36,109 nt of DNA from an uncultured Aquificales bacterium (GTDB lineage: Bacteria > Thermosulfidibacterota > Thermosulfidibacteria > Thermosulfidibacterales > Thermosulfidibacteraceae), in contig CAYVOC010000010.1 of NCBI GenBank assembly GCA_964453345.1, positions 8,752 to 44,860 on the forward strand, given 5' to 3'. How positions within the stretch are numbered: the first letter of the stretch is position 1; every line of letters starts with the position of its first letter. The translations under genes and the position numbers were made by a program. The notes beneath the pieces were generated by a model. It was given only the letters and a program-made list of their open reading frames with translations. It was not told the origin of the DNA and ran no database searches. This document shows positions 10,529-21,687 of this stretch, piece after piece.

Positions 10529-10545
10529 GACTTACCTCGGAATAT

Positions 10546-10643
10546 TGGCGGAAGGGCATGGGAATCGAACCCACCGAGCCGCCCTCTCCGACGGCTCCAC
10601 TGGATTTGAAGTCCAGGGGGGGCACCAGCCCCCTCGCCCTTCC
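10546..10643 (-). tRNA. selC: tRNA-Sec (anticodon UCA)
   Basis: GGAAGGGC...CTGGA-CTTCAAA-TCCAG, long variable arm GAGCCGTC/GGCGGCTC, T-loop GGTTCGATTCC, 8-bp acceptor stem, G discriminator plus CCA; 98 nt. Confidence 0.96.
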
Positions 10644-10652
10644 GGGTTCTGT

Positions 10653-10681
10653 TAATTACATCTCAGTTCTGGCTTTTTCAA
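10653..10681 (-). promoter_or_regulatory. Putative sigma70 promoter for selC
   Basis: Minus strand TTGAAA-N17-TAATTA, 9 nt upstream of the tRNA 5' end. Confidence 0.5.
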
Positions 10682-10992
10682 GGTCTGTGGCGTTTGGGGA
10701 TCATGCGGTGGTATTTTTCTTTGAGATTCTGGATCTGTCTTTTCTCTTTTTTGAGGCACTTTAACAGCTCTTCTCTTGTGTCAGCGTCTTTTATGCAGTC
10801 GATGGCTTCCTGCACGATTTCGATCTTCTCTTGTAGAATCTTCTCTCGTATCATGTGTCGCTTTAGGATCATCTGCTTGCGCTCCGCAAAGGGCATGGCT
10901 TTTTTGTTGTGACCCATGGCGCTGCTGTAGGCTATGCTGCCTGAAAGTATGATTGCTGCTGTTGCAAAGGCCGCTATGACTTTTGAACGCAT
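10678..10992 (-). CDS. Small exported helical hypothetical protein
   Basis: Signal-peptide-like N-terminus (MRSKVIAAFATAAIILSGSIAYS), charged helix with two Cys; SD AGGAGG. Confidence 0.7.
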   Translation of the reverse strand: MRSKVIAAFATAAIILSGSIAYSSAMGHNKKAMPFAERKQMILKRHMIREKILQEKIEIVQEAIDCIKDADTREELLKCLKKEKRQIQNLKEKYHRMIPKRHRP

Positions 10993-11001
10993 CTTCGCCT
11001 C

Positions 11002-11724
11002 CTATTGCAGGGGTATGTTTACCACGATCAGTTTTTTGCTGTTGTCGAATCTCAAGGCCAATCTTAACAGTTTGGCGCTTTTTGCCTCTTGGTCTCTTCC
11101 CGGGAAGAAGAGAAAGCCGTGGACCAACTCTCCTGGTTCTATCACCCTGTTGTGCATGGTTTTGTTCATTATGTCGCTTTTGACCTTTTCCTCTACCGAT
11201 GCGTATCCCCTGGCGCCTCCCACAAGGGCGCCCGCCGCTGCTCCTGCCACCGCACCCTTGCCTGCCGAATTGCCCACGTTTTCTCCGGATACGATGGCTA
11301 TGGCTGCACCCACGATGGCTCCCGCTGCTGCTCCAAGGATTGAGGGCTTTAGCGTTCCCTTTGCGGTTTCCCCGATTTCCACCTTGCTCTTTATTCTTGC
11401 GTAAACCTGATCCAGTTTTAGAAGGGGCCAGCCGTTTCCCTTCTCATCTATCAGCAGGGTCTGGGTTGCGTCTATCAGTATGGTGTGATTCCCCTCGTTC
11501 TGTATGATTACCTGAACGGGCAGTATCCCGGCTCCCCTTATGTCAAAGCCGAACTTTTCCTTAGCCAGATCCCTGTCCACGTAGGCAATGGCGGTTATGT
11601 ATGCTCCCTTTATGTTGATTTTGTTTTCTTGGTATGCGGGTAGCTTCACCGGTTGGACGTTGCTTTTGTAGGTTGCGCATCCCATGGCGATCAGTATCAG
11701 TAAAAGGGCTGCTGCCTTTTTCAT
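11002..11724 (-). CDS. Putative lipoprotein with glycine-zipper motif
   Basis: Lipobox [16 protein letters not shown]...[14 protein letters not shown]. Confidence 0.8.
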   Translation of the reverse strand: MKKAAALLLILIAMGCATYKSNVQPVKLPAYQENKINIKGAYITAIAYVDRDLAKEKFGFDIRGAGILPVQVIIQNEGNHTILIDATQTLLIDEKGNGWPLLKLDQVYARIKSKVEIGETAKGTLKPSILGAAAGAIVGAAIAIVSGENVGNSAGKGAVAGAAAGALVGGARGYASVEEKVKSDIMNKTMHNRVIEPGELVHGFLFFPGRDQEAKSAKLLRLALRFDNSKKLIVVNIPLQ

Positions 11725-13415
11725 GCTTCTTCCCTCAGCCGGGATTTTGTGCGTCTTTTGTCCTCATACATCCTTCTGTCTGCGAGGTTTATGAGGGTGT
11801 GTATGGCGTGGCGGGTGCTTCTGTTCAGCTCTTCCTCTTCGAGTTCGGATACGCTTGCACATCCCGTTGATATGCTCAGCTTTATGTCGGGATGCCCCTC
11901 AAGGGAGGTCCCGTTTATTCGGTCCTTTATCCTGTTCGCCAGCTCTTCGCAGTTATCCTTTTCTGTTTCCGGCAGAAGTATTAAGAATTCGTCTCCTCCG
12001 TATCTTGCAACCACATCGGTTTTCCTGACCAGCTCCTTGAGCTGGTTTGCAATATGTATGAGGACTGCATCGCCCACATTGTGCCCGTAGGTGTCGTTTA
12101 TCTGTTTGAACCAGTTTACATCTATCATTATGAGGGAGAAGGGGTTCCCGTATCTTTTGTAGGCTTCCAGGGACTTTTCAATGACTTCAATCAGGAATCT
12201 TCTGTTGTAGAGCTTGGTCATGGGATCCTGGGTGCCCATCTGATACAGCTGTTCCCTGGACTTTTCCAGCTCGTGCAGGTGCCTTCTGAGCCTTATGAGG
12301 TTGTGCATCCTCACGTAGAGATCACACAGGGTGAAGGGTGCCCTTAAGAAATCGTCCGCCCCGGAGAAGATGGCTTCAAAGGCGACGATGGGGTTTTCTG
12401 AGGAGGTGTAGGTCATGGCGAGTTTCTCGTAGTCCTTTCGCGGCAGATCCTTCAGTTCCTCAACCAGCTTCAGGCCGTTCTTCCCCGGCAGGTTCAGGTT
12501 GATTACGGATAGAAGCATCTTGTTAAGCTTCAGAATCCTTAGGGCGTCCTCTGCCGATTCAACCGCTGCCACAGGGTATCCCTGATTGAATATTCCGATG
12601 GTCAGGATTTCTCTCATGAGGGGGCTGTCCTCAACCAGCAGAATGAACAGCCGCTCCTCGTGGGATTCTGCCCTTCTGGTTTCGAGAAGCCTTTCTATCA
12701 GGCTTGTTTTCTGGAGTTCCTCCAAGGGGATGTATAGGGTTATGCCCTTCATAAAGGCCTCTTCTGCCACATCTGCGAAGCTTCTTTTTCCTATTACGAA
12801 GATGGGATGGATGAAGCCCTCTTCCCTCGCCCTCTTGGCGGTTTCGAAGGCGTCTTCCCCTTCCAGAAAGACCGCCTTTGTTCTGTGGTGAAGCTCCCTG
12901 ATACCCTCCAGGATCTTTGCAGGGTTATCGGTCTTCAGGATCTTTGCCCCCGTTTTTGATGCGAGTTTCTCAAGGATGCCTGCGATCTCAGGGGATGCTG
13001 ATACCAGAAAAAGATCCCTTCTCAGTTCCCTCTCCTTGCTGAGGAGTATGAGCTGGCTTGCGATCTCTACGAGGAGATTTCCGGGGATGGGCTTGGGCAG
13101 CACAAAATCCGGTGGCGTGTCCTGGAGTTCCCAGTCGAGCCACTCGTTTGAGGTTACTATGATGGTGGGAAGAAAAGGGACCCTTTCCTTCACAAGTCTT
13201 ACGAGATCCTCGGCCTTGCGGTTGTTGGGAAGGAATCTGTCTGTCACTATGAGGTCGAGTTGATCGAGGTTTGCGGATTCAAAATCTTCCAGGCTGTTGT
13301 AGGTGTATGTGTTGCAAAGAAAATCTATCTGGTTTTTTAGCATACCGGCGGAGACCTTGCTGCCAACCACTATAGCCACATTGGCTCCGCGAATAAATTT
13401 CTGTATCTGCCTCAC
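11721..13415 (-). CDS. Diguanylate cyclase with N-terminal receiver-like domains
   Basis: [33 protein letters not shown]-site and RYGGDEF; receiver-like LLVEDS...GADDFL. Confidence 0.92.
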   Translation of the reverse strand: MRQIQKFIRGANVAIVVGSKVSAGMLKNQIDFLCNTYTYNSLEDFESANLDQLDLIVTDRFLPNNRKAEDLVRLVKERVPFLPTIIVTSNEWLDWELQDTPPDFVLPKPIPGNLLVEIASQLILLSKERELRRDLFLVSASPEIAGILEKLASKTGAKILKTDNPAKILEGIRELHHRTKAVFLEGEDAFETAKRAREEGFIHPIFVIGKRSFADVAEEAFMKGITLYIPLEELQKTSLIERLLETRRAESHEERLFILLVEDSPLMREILTIGIFNQGYPVAAVESAEDALRILKLNKMLLSVINLNLPGKNGLKLVEELKDLPRKDYEKLAMTYTSSENPIVAFEAIFSGADDFLRAPFTLCDLYVRMHNLIRLRRHLHELEKSREQLYQMGTQDPMTKLYNRRFLIEVIEKSLEAYKRYGNPFSLIMIDVNWFKQINDTYGHNVGDAVLIHIANQLKELVRKTDVVARYGGDEFLILLPETEKDNCEELANRIKDRINGTSLEGHPDIKLSISTGCASVSELEEEELNRSTRHAIHTLINLADRRMYEDKRRTKSRLREEA

Positions 13416-13750
13416 TCGCTCTCTCCCTCCGGAGGTATATACTGATCATCCCCGAAGCCCAGAAGGGGATAGAAGATAAAGGGCAACAGCAGCAACCCTA
13501 TGCCAAACACGGGAGGTTTGCCGAATCTTTTGGCGAGGTTGATGGAGACAATAATGGCCACAATGAGGTTTATTATGGGGATTATCAGCAGAATCACCCA
13601 CCATCCGGGCTTTCCGGCCACCTTTATGAGGGTGTAGGCGTTGTAGATGGGGATCAGACTCGCCCATCCCGGCTCACCGGCCTTTTCAAAGATCTTCCAC
13701 ATGCCGGCTATAATGGCGATGGTAAATATTAAGGACAGCAAAGAAGACAT
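13412..13750 (-). CDS. DUF5684-like small membrane protein
   Basis: WKIFEKAGEPGWASLIPIYN...KPGWW...LAKRFGK...FYPLLGFG pattern. Confidence 0.8.
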   Translation of the reverse strand: MSSLLSLIFTIAIIAGMWKIFEKAGEPGWASLIPIYNAYTLIKVAGKPGWWVILLIIPIINLIVAIIVSINLAKRFGKPPVFGIGLLLLPFIFYPLLGFGDDQYIPPEGESE

Positions 13751-13778
13751 GGTAACACCTCCCCCATTTTTAACTTAA

Positions 13779-13807
13779 ACTATAAGGCATATTCCGCGCT
13801 TTGTCCA
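13779..13807 (-). promoter_or_regulatory. Putative sigma70 promoter for the DUF5684-GGDEF-lipoprotein operon
   Basis: Minus strand TGGACA-N17-TATAGT, followed by SD GGAGGT before ATG 13750. Confidence 0.5.
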
Positions 13808-13832
13808 TGCAACCTTTTTTCTTGAAAAAGTA

Positions 13833-13865
13833 TTGACAGAAAACCTGAGCCATATATTTATATAT
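13833..13865 (+). promoter_or_regulatory. Putative sigma70 promoter of groESL
   Basis: TTGACA at 13833-13838 followed by AT-rich TATATTTATATAT; the exact -10 register is uncertain. Confidence 0.55.
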
Positions 13866-13872
13866 CCCGGAA

Positions 13873-13899
13873 TTAGCGCTCGGTTGAGGTGAGTGCTAA
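13873..13899 (+). promoter_or_regulatory. CIRCE element (HrcA operator)
   Basis: TTAGCGCTC-N9-GAGTGCTAA, one mismatch from consensus TTAGCACTC-N9-GAGTGCTAA; upstream of groES; hrcA is present in the window. Confidence 0.92.
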
Positions 13900-13927
13900 C
13901 AAAAAACTGGGCAAGGAGGTGGGAGCG

Positions 13928-14221
13928 ATGAAGATCCAGCCGCTTTACGACAGGGTTCTGGTTGAGCCTTATGAGGAGGAGGAGAAGAGGACCAAAGGTG
14001 GTATAATCATCCCCGATACCGCCAAGGAGAAGCCCCAGAGGGGCAAGGTTGTTGCTGTGGGTGAGGGAAGGATCCTTGAGAACGGTCAGAGGGTTCCTCT
14101 CACCGTGAAGGTGGGAGATGAGGTTATATTCGGTAAGTATGCGGGAACCGAAATAGAGGTTGATGACAAGAAGTATCTGGTGATGAGGGAAGAGGATATT
14201 TACGCCATAATCAAGGAATAA
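13928..14221 (+). CDS. groES: Co-chaperonin GroES
   Basis: [12 protein letters not shown]...[15 protein letters not shown]...KYAGTEI; SD AGGAGG upstream of ATG 13928. Confidence 0.98.
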   Translation: MKIQPLYDRVLVEPYEEEEKRTKGGIIIPDTAKEKPQRGKVVAVGEGRILENGQRVPLTVKVGDEVIFGKYAGTEIEVDDKKYLVMREEDIYAIIKE

Positions 14222-14230
14222 AATTTTTAA

Positions 14231-15862
<1,632 letters not shown>

Positions 15863-15871
15863 GGGCGGCTG

Positions 15872-15920
15872 AAAAAGAGAAGGCCGGGAGGGCGATCAAC
15901 CCTCCCGGCTTTTTTATTTT
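15872..15920 (+). terminator. Rho-independent terminator after groEL (probably bidirectional)
   Basis: Stem GCCGGGAGGG/CCCTCCCGGC (15883-15909) followed by TTTTTTATTTT, with an A-rich run on the other side. Confidence 0.88.
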
Positions 15921-15932
15921 GAAACTTGAAGG

Positions 15933-16145
15933 CTAATTGTTGCTGGTGAAGAGCTTTATGAAAAACTGTATGGAGCGGTCGTAGGTTCTTTCTGCATCTG
16001 CGTTGAAGTAGCAGGCGGGCAGCTCGCCCCTTTCCCTGTGGTAGGCTATGCATTCGCAGCAGTAGCCCTTCTTTGAGCAGGGTTCATAGGTGCAGTTGCA
16101 GTTTTTCAGGTTCTTTTCGAAGTTTTTGCAGCCCTGATGCTTCAT
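15933..16145 (-). CDS. Small Cys-rich protein (DUF6485-like)
   Basis: [32 protein letters not shown]...YDRSI; starts 3 nt after the rpsT stop. Confidence 0.75.
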   Translation of the reverse strand: MKHQGCKNFEKNLKNCNCTYEPCSKKGYCCECIAYHRERGELPACYFNADAERTYDRSIQFFIKLFTSNN

Positions 16146-16148
16146 TTT

Positions 16149-16436
16149 CTAACCTATCGCCTCCTTCTGAGCCAGGTATTTGTTGACCTTGGCCATCAGG
16201 CGGGATTTTTTGCGGGCCGCCTCGTTTTTGTGAAAGACTCCCTTGGACCAGGCCTTGTCTATGGCCTTCTGGGCGATTCTCACCTTTGCCATGAGGCTCT
16301 CTCTGTCTTCACCCGCCTCCATTGCGGCAAGGACCTTCTTTATGCAGGTTTTGACATAGCTTCTTATGGACTTGTTGCGGAGCCTCCTCTTTTCCGCCTG
16401 TCTCAGCCTCTTTTTTGCAGACCTTGTGTTGGGCAA
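16149..16436 (-). CDS. rpsT: 30S ribosomal protein S20
   Basis: (M)[22 protein letters not shown]...[25 protein letters not shown] start at 16436 after GGAGG. Confidence 0.95.
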   Translation of the reverse strand: MPNTRSAKKRLRQAEKRRLRNKSIRSYVKTCIKKVLAAMEAGEDRESLMAKVRIAQKAIDKAWSKGVFHKNEAARKKSRLMAKVNKYLAQKEAIG

Positions 16437-16545
16437 TTCCACACCCCTCCCTTCAATTTTTGAAGTGTGCCAATGAATGCCACACTTGCCTTGGAGTGTC
16501 AATATGTTTATAGCCTAAGTTAGCCTCTCTTTTGGAGGGTGTGCC

Positions 16546-17121
16546 ATTCGGAATGTTGGTGAGAAGCTTTTAGCCCTTGTTATAGGGTTTCTGCTGTGGA
16601 ACTATGTGGTTTCCCAGGGAAATGTGGAGATTGCGCTGAAGGTTCCTGTTGAGTTCGTCAATCTCCCGGAGAATGTGAAGGTGGAGGGCGCTCCTTCCTA
16701 TGTGGAGGTGAAGCTTGAGGGTGCCCCGTGGGTGGTGAGGAAGATAGGGGTTGGGGATGTTAAGGTTCAGGTCCTTTTAAGAGAGTTTTCCCCGGGCGAA
16801 AGGGTTGTCAGCCTTTCGAGCGTGAGGGTTCCTGAGGGCGTCAGGGTGGTTTCTGTGAAGCCTGATAGGGCCAAAATAAGAATAGTCCTTCTTGCGGAAA
16901 AGAGGGTTCCCGTTGTGGTTAAGTGGAAGGGAAGGATGCCGGATTCCTATAGGGTGGAGCCTATTGAGGTTAAGATTGTGGGCAAAAGGAGTGTGGTTTC
17001 CAGGATAAAGTTTGTGAAAACAGAACCCGTTGATCCGTCAAAATCTCCGCAAGAAGTTTTTGTGATTGTTCCGAAGGGGGTTAGGGCGATCCCGGCAAAG
17101 GTCAGGGTGGAGGTGGAGTGA
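16546..17121 (+). CDS. YbbR/CdaR-like membrane-anchored protein (probable ATT start)
   Basis: In-frame upstream extension (I)[20 protein letters not shown], then YbbR-like VPVEFVNLP...VEVKLEG and EPIEVKIVG...VKTEPVD; lies upstream of glmM. Confidence 0.75.
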   Translation: MRNVGEKLLALVIGFLLWNYVVSQGNVEIALKVPVEFVNLPENVKVEGAPSYVEVKLEGAPWVVRKIGVGDVKVQVLLREFSPGERVVSLSSVRVPEGVRVVSVKPDRAKIRIVLLAEKRVPVVVKWKGRMPDSYRVEPIEVKIVGKRSVVSRIKFVKTEPVDPSKSPQEVFVIVPKGVRAIPAKVRVEVE

Positions 17122-18464
17122 TGGGCAAGCTTTTCGGAACGGACGGGGTGAGGGGAAGGGCCAATGTGTATCCCATGGTTCCTGAGATAGCCCTGAAGCT
17201 GGGCAGGGCCATCGGATACGTTTTCAGCAACAACAGCAGTCGCAAGATGATTGTTATCGGCAAGGACACCAGGGTTTCGGGATACATGTTTGAGGGTGCG
17301 CTTGTTGCCGGGATCTGTTCCGCCGGCGCCGATGCCTATCTTCTCGGTCCCATGCCCACGCCCGGCATAAGCTTTATAACCCAGAACATGAGGGCGGATG
17401 CCGGCGTGGTTATATCCGCATCCCACAATCCCTACTACGACAACGGCATAAAGGTCTTCAACAGAGAGGGGATGAAGCTGGATGATGAGCTCGAGAGGAG
17501 GATAGAGGAGCTGGTGCTTGGCGGGGATATACCGGTTGATCCCGATAGGGTGGGCAAGGCCCACAGGGTTGAGGATGCCATTGGAAGATACATCGTCCAT
17601 CTTAAGCTTTCCTTCCCGAGGGGGGAAACCCTTAAGGGGATGAAGATTGTTGTGGATTGCGCCAATGGCGCCACCTACAGGGTTGCTCCCTTGGTCTTTG
17701 AGGAGCTTGGGGCGCAGGTGGTTGCCATGAACTGCGAACCGGACGGATACAACATAAACGAGGGTTGCGGTGCGGTTCATCCTGAGTCCATGGCCAAGAA
17801 GGTGGTGGAGGTGGGAGCGGATCTGGGGGTGGCCTTTGACGGGGACGGGGATAGGGCCATCTTTGCGGATGAGACGGGCCGCATACTGGATGGGGACGAT
17901 GTGCTTGCCATATGTGGCCTTGAGATGAAGAAGAAGGACATGCTTGCCGGCAACGTGGTGGTTTCCACCATAATGGCCGGCAAGGGGCTTGAGACGGTGC
18001 TGGAGGAGAACGGCATAAGGCTTCTTAGAACGAAGGTGGGGGATAGATACGTTTACGAGGGGATGCTTCTTTCAGGGGCCATCTTAGGCGGCGAACCTTC
18101 TGGTCATGTGATCTTCAGGGAGTTTACCAATACCGGTGATGGCATCATAACGGCTCTAAGGCTCATGTGGGCCATGAAGTCCTCCGGACAATCGCTGTCG
18201 GCTCTTTTTGACGCCAGGGTGAGGCGTTTTCCCAAGGTGGAGACATCGGTTGTCGTCTCTTCAAAGCCCCCCTTGGAGGAGACGCCTCTCTGGGAGGTTA
18301 TCAAGAGGGCTGAGAGGGAGGCGGAGTCCTTCAGGGGGAGGGTTGTGGTCAGATACTCCGGAACGGAGCCGAAGTTGCGCATAATGGTTGAGGGGGAGAG
18401 GGAAGATAGGGTAAAATACTTGGCCGAGCTTTTGAGGGAAGAGGCCGAGAAGTGTCTGGGTTAA
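17121..18464 (+). CDS. glmM: Phosphoglucosamine mutase
   Basis: [40 protein letters not shown] and RYSGTEP. Confidence 0.97.
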   Translation: MGKLFGTDGVRGRANVYPMVPEIALKLGRAIGYVFSNNSSRKMIVIGKDTRVSGYMFEGALVAGICSAGADAYLLGPMPTPGISFITQNMRADAGVVISASHNPYYDNGIKVFNREGMKLDDELERRIEELVLGGDIPVDPDRVGKAHRVEDAIGRYIVHLKLSFPRGETLKGMKIVVDCANGATYRVAPLVFEELGAQVVAMNCEPDGYNINEGCGAVHPESMAKKVVEVGADLGVAFDGDGDRAIFADETGRILDGDDVLAICGLEMKKKDMLAGNVVVSTIMAGKGLETVLEENGIRLLRTKVGDRYVYEGMLLSGAILGGEPSGHVIFREFTNTGDGIITALRLMWAMKSSGQSLSALFDARVRRFPKVETSVVVSSKPPLEETPLWEVIKRAEREAESFRGRVVVRYSGTEPKLRIMVEGEREDRVKYLAELLREEAEKCLG

Positions 18465-18477
18465 GGAGGTTGTAACC

Positions 18478-19197
18478 ATGGGATACATCAGGCTGGGAGT
18501 CAACGTGGATCATGTGGCTACTCTGAGGGAGGCGAGGAAGTCTGTGGTCCCGGATCCCGTTGAGGCCGCCTTTGTGGCGGAAAGGGCGGGGGCAGACGGT
18601 ATAACCGTTCACCTTAGGATGGACAGACGCCACATAAAGGAGAGGGATCTCAGGCTGCTGAAGGAGACGGTGAAGACCCGGTTGAACCTTGAGATGGCCG
18701 TTACCGAGGAGATGCTGAGGATAGCCCTGGAGGTGAAGCCCCACCAGGTCACCCTTGTTCCCGAAAGACCCGGGGAGGTGACCACCGAGGGGGGGCTGGA
18801 TGTTGCCTCAAGAATTGATCTTGTGGCCTCCGCCGTGAAGAGGCTGAAGGATGCCGGGATAGAGGTGAGCGTCTTTGTGGATCCGGAGACGGCACAGGTG
18901 AAGGCGGTGAAGGAGACTGGAGCGGATGCCATAGAGATCCACACGGGCATCTATGCCGCCGCCGACGATAAGGAGGCGGAGCTTGAGCGCATCTTTGAGG
19001 CTGCAAGGGTTGCGAAGAACTTAGGGTTGAGGGTCCACGCGGGCCACGATCTCAACTACAAGAACATTATACCTGTTCTTGAAACCCCCGGTCTTGAGGA
19101 GGTCAACATAGGGCATGCCATCATAGCCAGGGCCGTTATAGTGGGCCTTGAGAGGGCGGTAAAAGAGATGAGGGAGATTATAGATGCGCACAGCTAA
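18478..19197 (+). CDS. pdxJ: Pyridoxine 5'-phosphate synthase
   Basis: [40 protein letters not shown] and AGHDL. Confidence 0.97.
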   Translation: MGYIRLGVNVDHVATLREARKSVVPDPVEAAFVAERAGADGITVHLRMDRRHIKERDLRLLKETVKTRLNLEMAVTEEMLRIALEVKPHQVTLVPERPGEVTTEGGLDVASRIDLVASAVKRLKDAGIEVSVFVDPETAQVKAVKETGADAIEIHTGIYAAADDKEAELERIFEAARVAKNLGLRVHAGHDLNYKNIIPVLETPGLEEVNIGHAIIARAVIVGLERAVKEMREIIDAHS

Positions 19198-19627
19198 GGT
19201 CCTCTTTTTAACCCTTCTGGGCTGTGGCCTTTCCCCGTGGGCTCCCGGAACTGTTGGGAGCCTGGGAGCCCTTGTTCTCTATCTCCTTCTGGTTTCAAAG
19301 TTCTCCGCCTTTGTGAGGTTTCTTTTCCTTGTGCTGGTCTTCTCTTTAGGTGTTGTTTGGGGAGCGGAGTCGGCTAAGCTTTTTGGTGAAGAGGACAGCC
19401 CCAGGATAGTGATAGACGAGGCCGTCGGCATGTGGGTTTCCCTTTTAGGCCTTCCCTTGGGTTTCTGGAGCGTGGTGAATGCCTTTCTGCTCTTTCGCTT
19501 CTTTGACATATACAAGCCCGGTTATATGAGGGAGCTGGAGAAGCTGCCCGGTGGATGGGGGGTGATGGTTGACGATCTGGTTGCGGGCGTCATTGTAAAT
19601 ATCCTTCTGAGGGCGATCTTTGGATGA
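19184..19627 (+). CDS. pgpA: Phosphatidylglycerophosphatase A
   Basis: [24 protein letters not shown] and [10 protein letters not shown]. Confidence 0.93.
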   Translation: MRTAKVLFLTLLGCGLSPWAPGTVGSLGALVLYLLLVSKFSAFVRFLFLVLVFSLGVVWGAESAKLFGEEDSPRIVIDEAVGMWVSLLGLPLGFWSVVNAFLLFRFFDIYKPGYMRELEKLPGGWGVMVDDLVAGVIVNILLRAIFG

Positions 19628-21687
19628 GGTGGCTTTTAACGGTTTTCGCCTTTTTCTTTTTGTGTTTTCCCCTTTTTGCTGCAGATAAGCTGATCATAAA
19701 TGCGGACAGGCTTAAACGCATACCCTCTTTGAATCTTGTTGTGGCGGAGGGGCACGTCAGAATAGTCTATAAGGATATACGGCTTGAGGCGGATGAGGTG
19801 AGGCTCAACGCCAAAACCCGGGATGTGGTTGCGGAAGGCAACGTGGTTCTCTGGCAGAAAAACAGCTTTCTCTCCTGCAAAAGGCTTGAGTTTAACTTGG
19901 ATACTAAGGAGGGTGTGGCCTACCGGGCGACGGGCTTTCTGCCGCCCTATTATTACTTCGCAGGCGAAAGGATAAAGAGGCTCTCCGGTGGCATCTACAA
20001 CATAAGGAAGGGAATGCTCACTACATGTGAGACCGATTGGAGGGCCTGCTCCAAGTATCCTGACTGGAGTTTTAAGGGAAGCAGGGTGATTATAAAGGAG
20101 AACAGATACGCCCGCATATACAACCTTTCCGGGTGGATCAAGAAGATCCCGGTGCTCTATCTTCCCTTTGTGAGTTTTCCCGTTACCAAGGAGAGGAAAA
20201 CCGGCTTTCTCTTCCCCAGATTCGGCTGGAAGCAGGATCACGGGCTTTTTGTGAACATTCCCTTCTTCTGGGCCATCTCCCGGGACAAGGACGCCACCTT
20301 CTGGTTCAAGCCCTATTCAGGTGGGGATTACAAGGTCGCAGCTGAATACAGGCAGAGGTTTTCCAAGGATGAAAAGCTGTGGTTATACGGTGATTACTTT
20401 GACGAGACCGAGAGCGTTGGAAAGAACAGGTGGAACCTGAAGGGAAATGCCTTCAAGCGTTTCCCCTGGGGATTTGAGTTCACAGGAAAACTGGATATGA
20501 CCAGCACCACCAAATACAGGAAGGAGTTCAGCGGCAGCTTCTCGTCCTACACCAAAAGGCACAACGACAGCTACGGTGTTTTCGTCAGGAGGTTTTCCAG
20601 CTCAAGGCTCAGTCTTCTTGCCAGATACCAGGACGACGTGGAGGAGGACTACGAGGAGAAGATATACAAGTTTCCACAGGTCGATTGGGAGCTGTATCCC
20701 GTTAAACTCCTGAACACCCCCTTCTACCTCGAGGGAAAGGCCCAGTATCTCAAATACAGGAACAAGAATGACACCGCCCGCTTCGACTACAAGGTCTCCC
20801 GATGGGACTTTTATCCTAAGTTGTCCCTTCCCATAACCCCTGCGCCCTGGTTTTCGGTGACCCCCAGGTATGGGCTGAGATACACGGTCTGGAGCAAGAG
20901 GCTGGATCGCCACGGTGGGGAGGTGGAGAATCCCACAAGCAGATTGATATACACCTTTGATGTGAGAGAAAGGGGGCCTCTGCTCTATAAGCTGTTCCGG
21001 TTTGGCAACTCTACCATAAGACACGATGTTATCCCCGAGGTCAAATACGAATACGTGCCGGATGAGACCAAGGCTCAGAGGGATACAATCAGGTTTGACG
21101 AGGTGGACTTCCTGTCCCCCAAGAACCTCGTCACCTATTCTCTCACCAATAGATTTGTTGATGAGGATTCAAGAAGGGAGATTCTGAAGCTGAAGCTGGA
21201 ACAGAGCTACGATATACTGAAGGACAGAAGGGGGGAACCCTACAAGTTCTCCGATCTCATGTTCGAGGCCGATGCCTATCCCGGTGATGATTTGAGCCTT
21301 CAGTATAGGATGTATCAGAGCGTGTATGGCTTCGGGATCACCCGCTGGAGCTTCAAGGGCAGGGTGAAAAGAAGGGTCAAAAACTTCCTCCCCTCTTTGG
21401 CTGTGACCTACTACTACGAAAAGTTTTCCGGAAACAGGTATATCGAGTATAACCCCGCTGTATCCTACAAGGATGTTCTGAGCTTTGCCGCATACTGGCG
21501 CAGAGATATCTACAACAGCTACTGGGTTGAGAGGCGGTGGGAGCTGAGGATCAAGGGGAAGTGCTGGTCCATAGCTGTGGGCTACAGGGTGCTGGACAAC
21601 AGGCTCAGCTCCTCAAGAAACGACAAGATGATAACCTTCTTAGTGATACTCAGGGGCCTGGGTGAGTTTGGCGTCGGAGGGAAGTGA
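19624..21687 (+). CDS. lptD: LPS-assembly outer-membrane protein LptD
   Basis: Signal peptide; OstA-like N-domain (AEGHVRI, AEGNVVL); TTC...PDW, PVLYLP and RKTGFLFP; C-terminal CW in a beta-barrel region. Confidence 0.88.
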   Translation: MRWLLTVFAFFFLCFPLFAADKLIINADRLKRIPSLNLVVAEGHVRIVYKDIRLEADEVRLNAKTRDVVAEGNVVLWQKNSFLSCKRLEFNLDTKEGVAYRATGFLPPYYYFAGERIKRLSGGIYNIRKGMLTTCETDWRACSKYPDWSFKGSRVIIKENRYARIYNLSGWIKKIPVLYLPFVSFPVTKERKTGFLFPRFGWKQDHGLFVNIPFFWAISRDKDATFWFKPYSGGDYKVAAEYRQRFSKDEKLWLYGDYFDETESVGKNRWNLKGNAFKRFPWGFEFTGKLDMTSTTKYRKEFSGSFSSYTKRHNDSYGVFVRRFSSSRLSLLARYQDDVEEDYEEKIYKFPQVDWELYPVKLLNTPFYLEGKAQYLKYRNKNDTARFDYKVSRWDFYPKLSLPITPAPWFSVTPRYGLRYTVWSKRLDRHGGEVENPTSRLIYTFDVRERGPLLYKLFRFGNSTIRHDVIPEVKYEYVPDETKAQRDTIRFDEVDFLSPKNLVTYSLTNRFVDEDSRREILKLKLEQSYDILKDRRGEPYKFSDLMFEADAYPGDDLSLQYRMYQSVYGFGITRWSFKGRVKRRVKNFLPSLAVTYYYEKFSGNRYIEYNPAVSYKDVLSFAAYWRRDIYNSYWVERRWELRIKGKCWSIAVGYRVLDNRLSSSRNDKMITFLVILRGLGEFGVGGK

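Larger units (their letters stand above)
9807..10606. mobile_element. Minimal tRNA-Sec-integrated island (739-bp unit) carrying only vapBC; no integrase
   Basis: Flanked by the 61-bp direct repeats; the interior holds two overlapping toxin-antitoxin ORFs plus only 48 and 17 bp of non-coding DNA. Confidence 0.75.

Noticed and set aside
9790-10764. Short ORFs 9790..10038, 10422..10625, 10467..10655 and 10558..10764
   Set aside because: They overlap tRNA-Sec, its duplicate or vapBC and show no coding signature.
16457-16472. TGGCAC in the rpsT leader as a sigma54 site
   Set aside because: No TTGC at the -12 position (reads TGGCAC-ACTTC-AAAAA).
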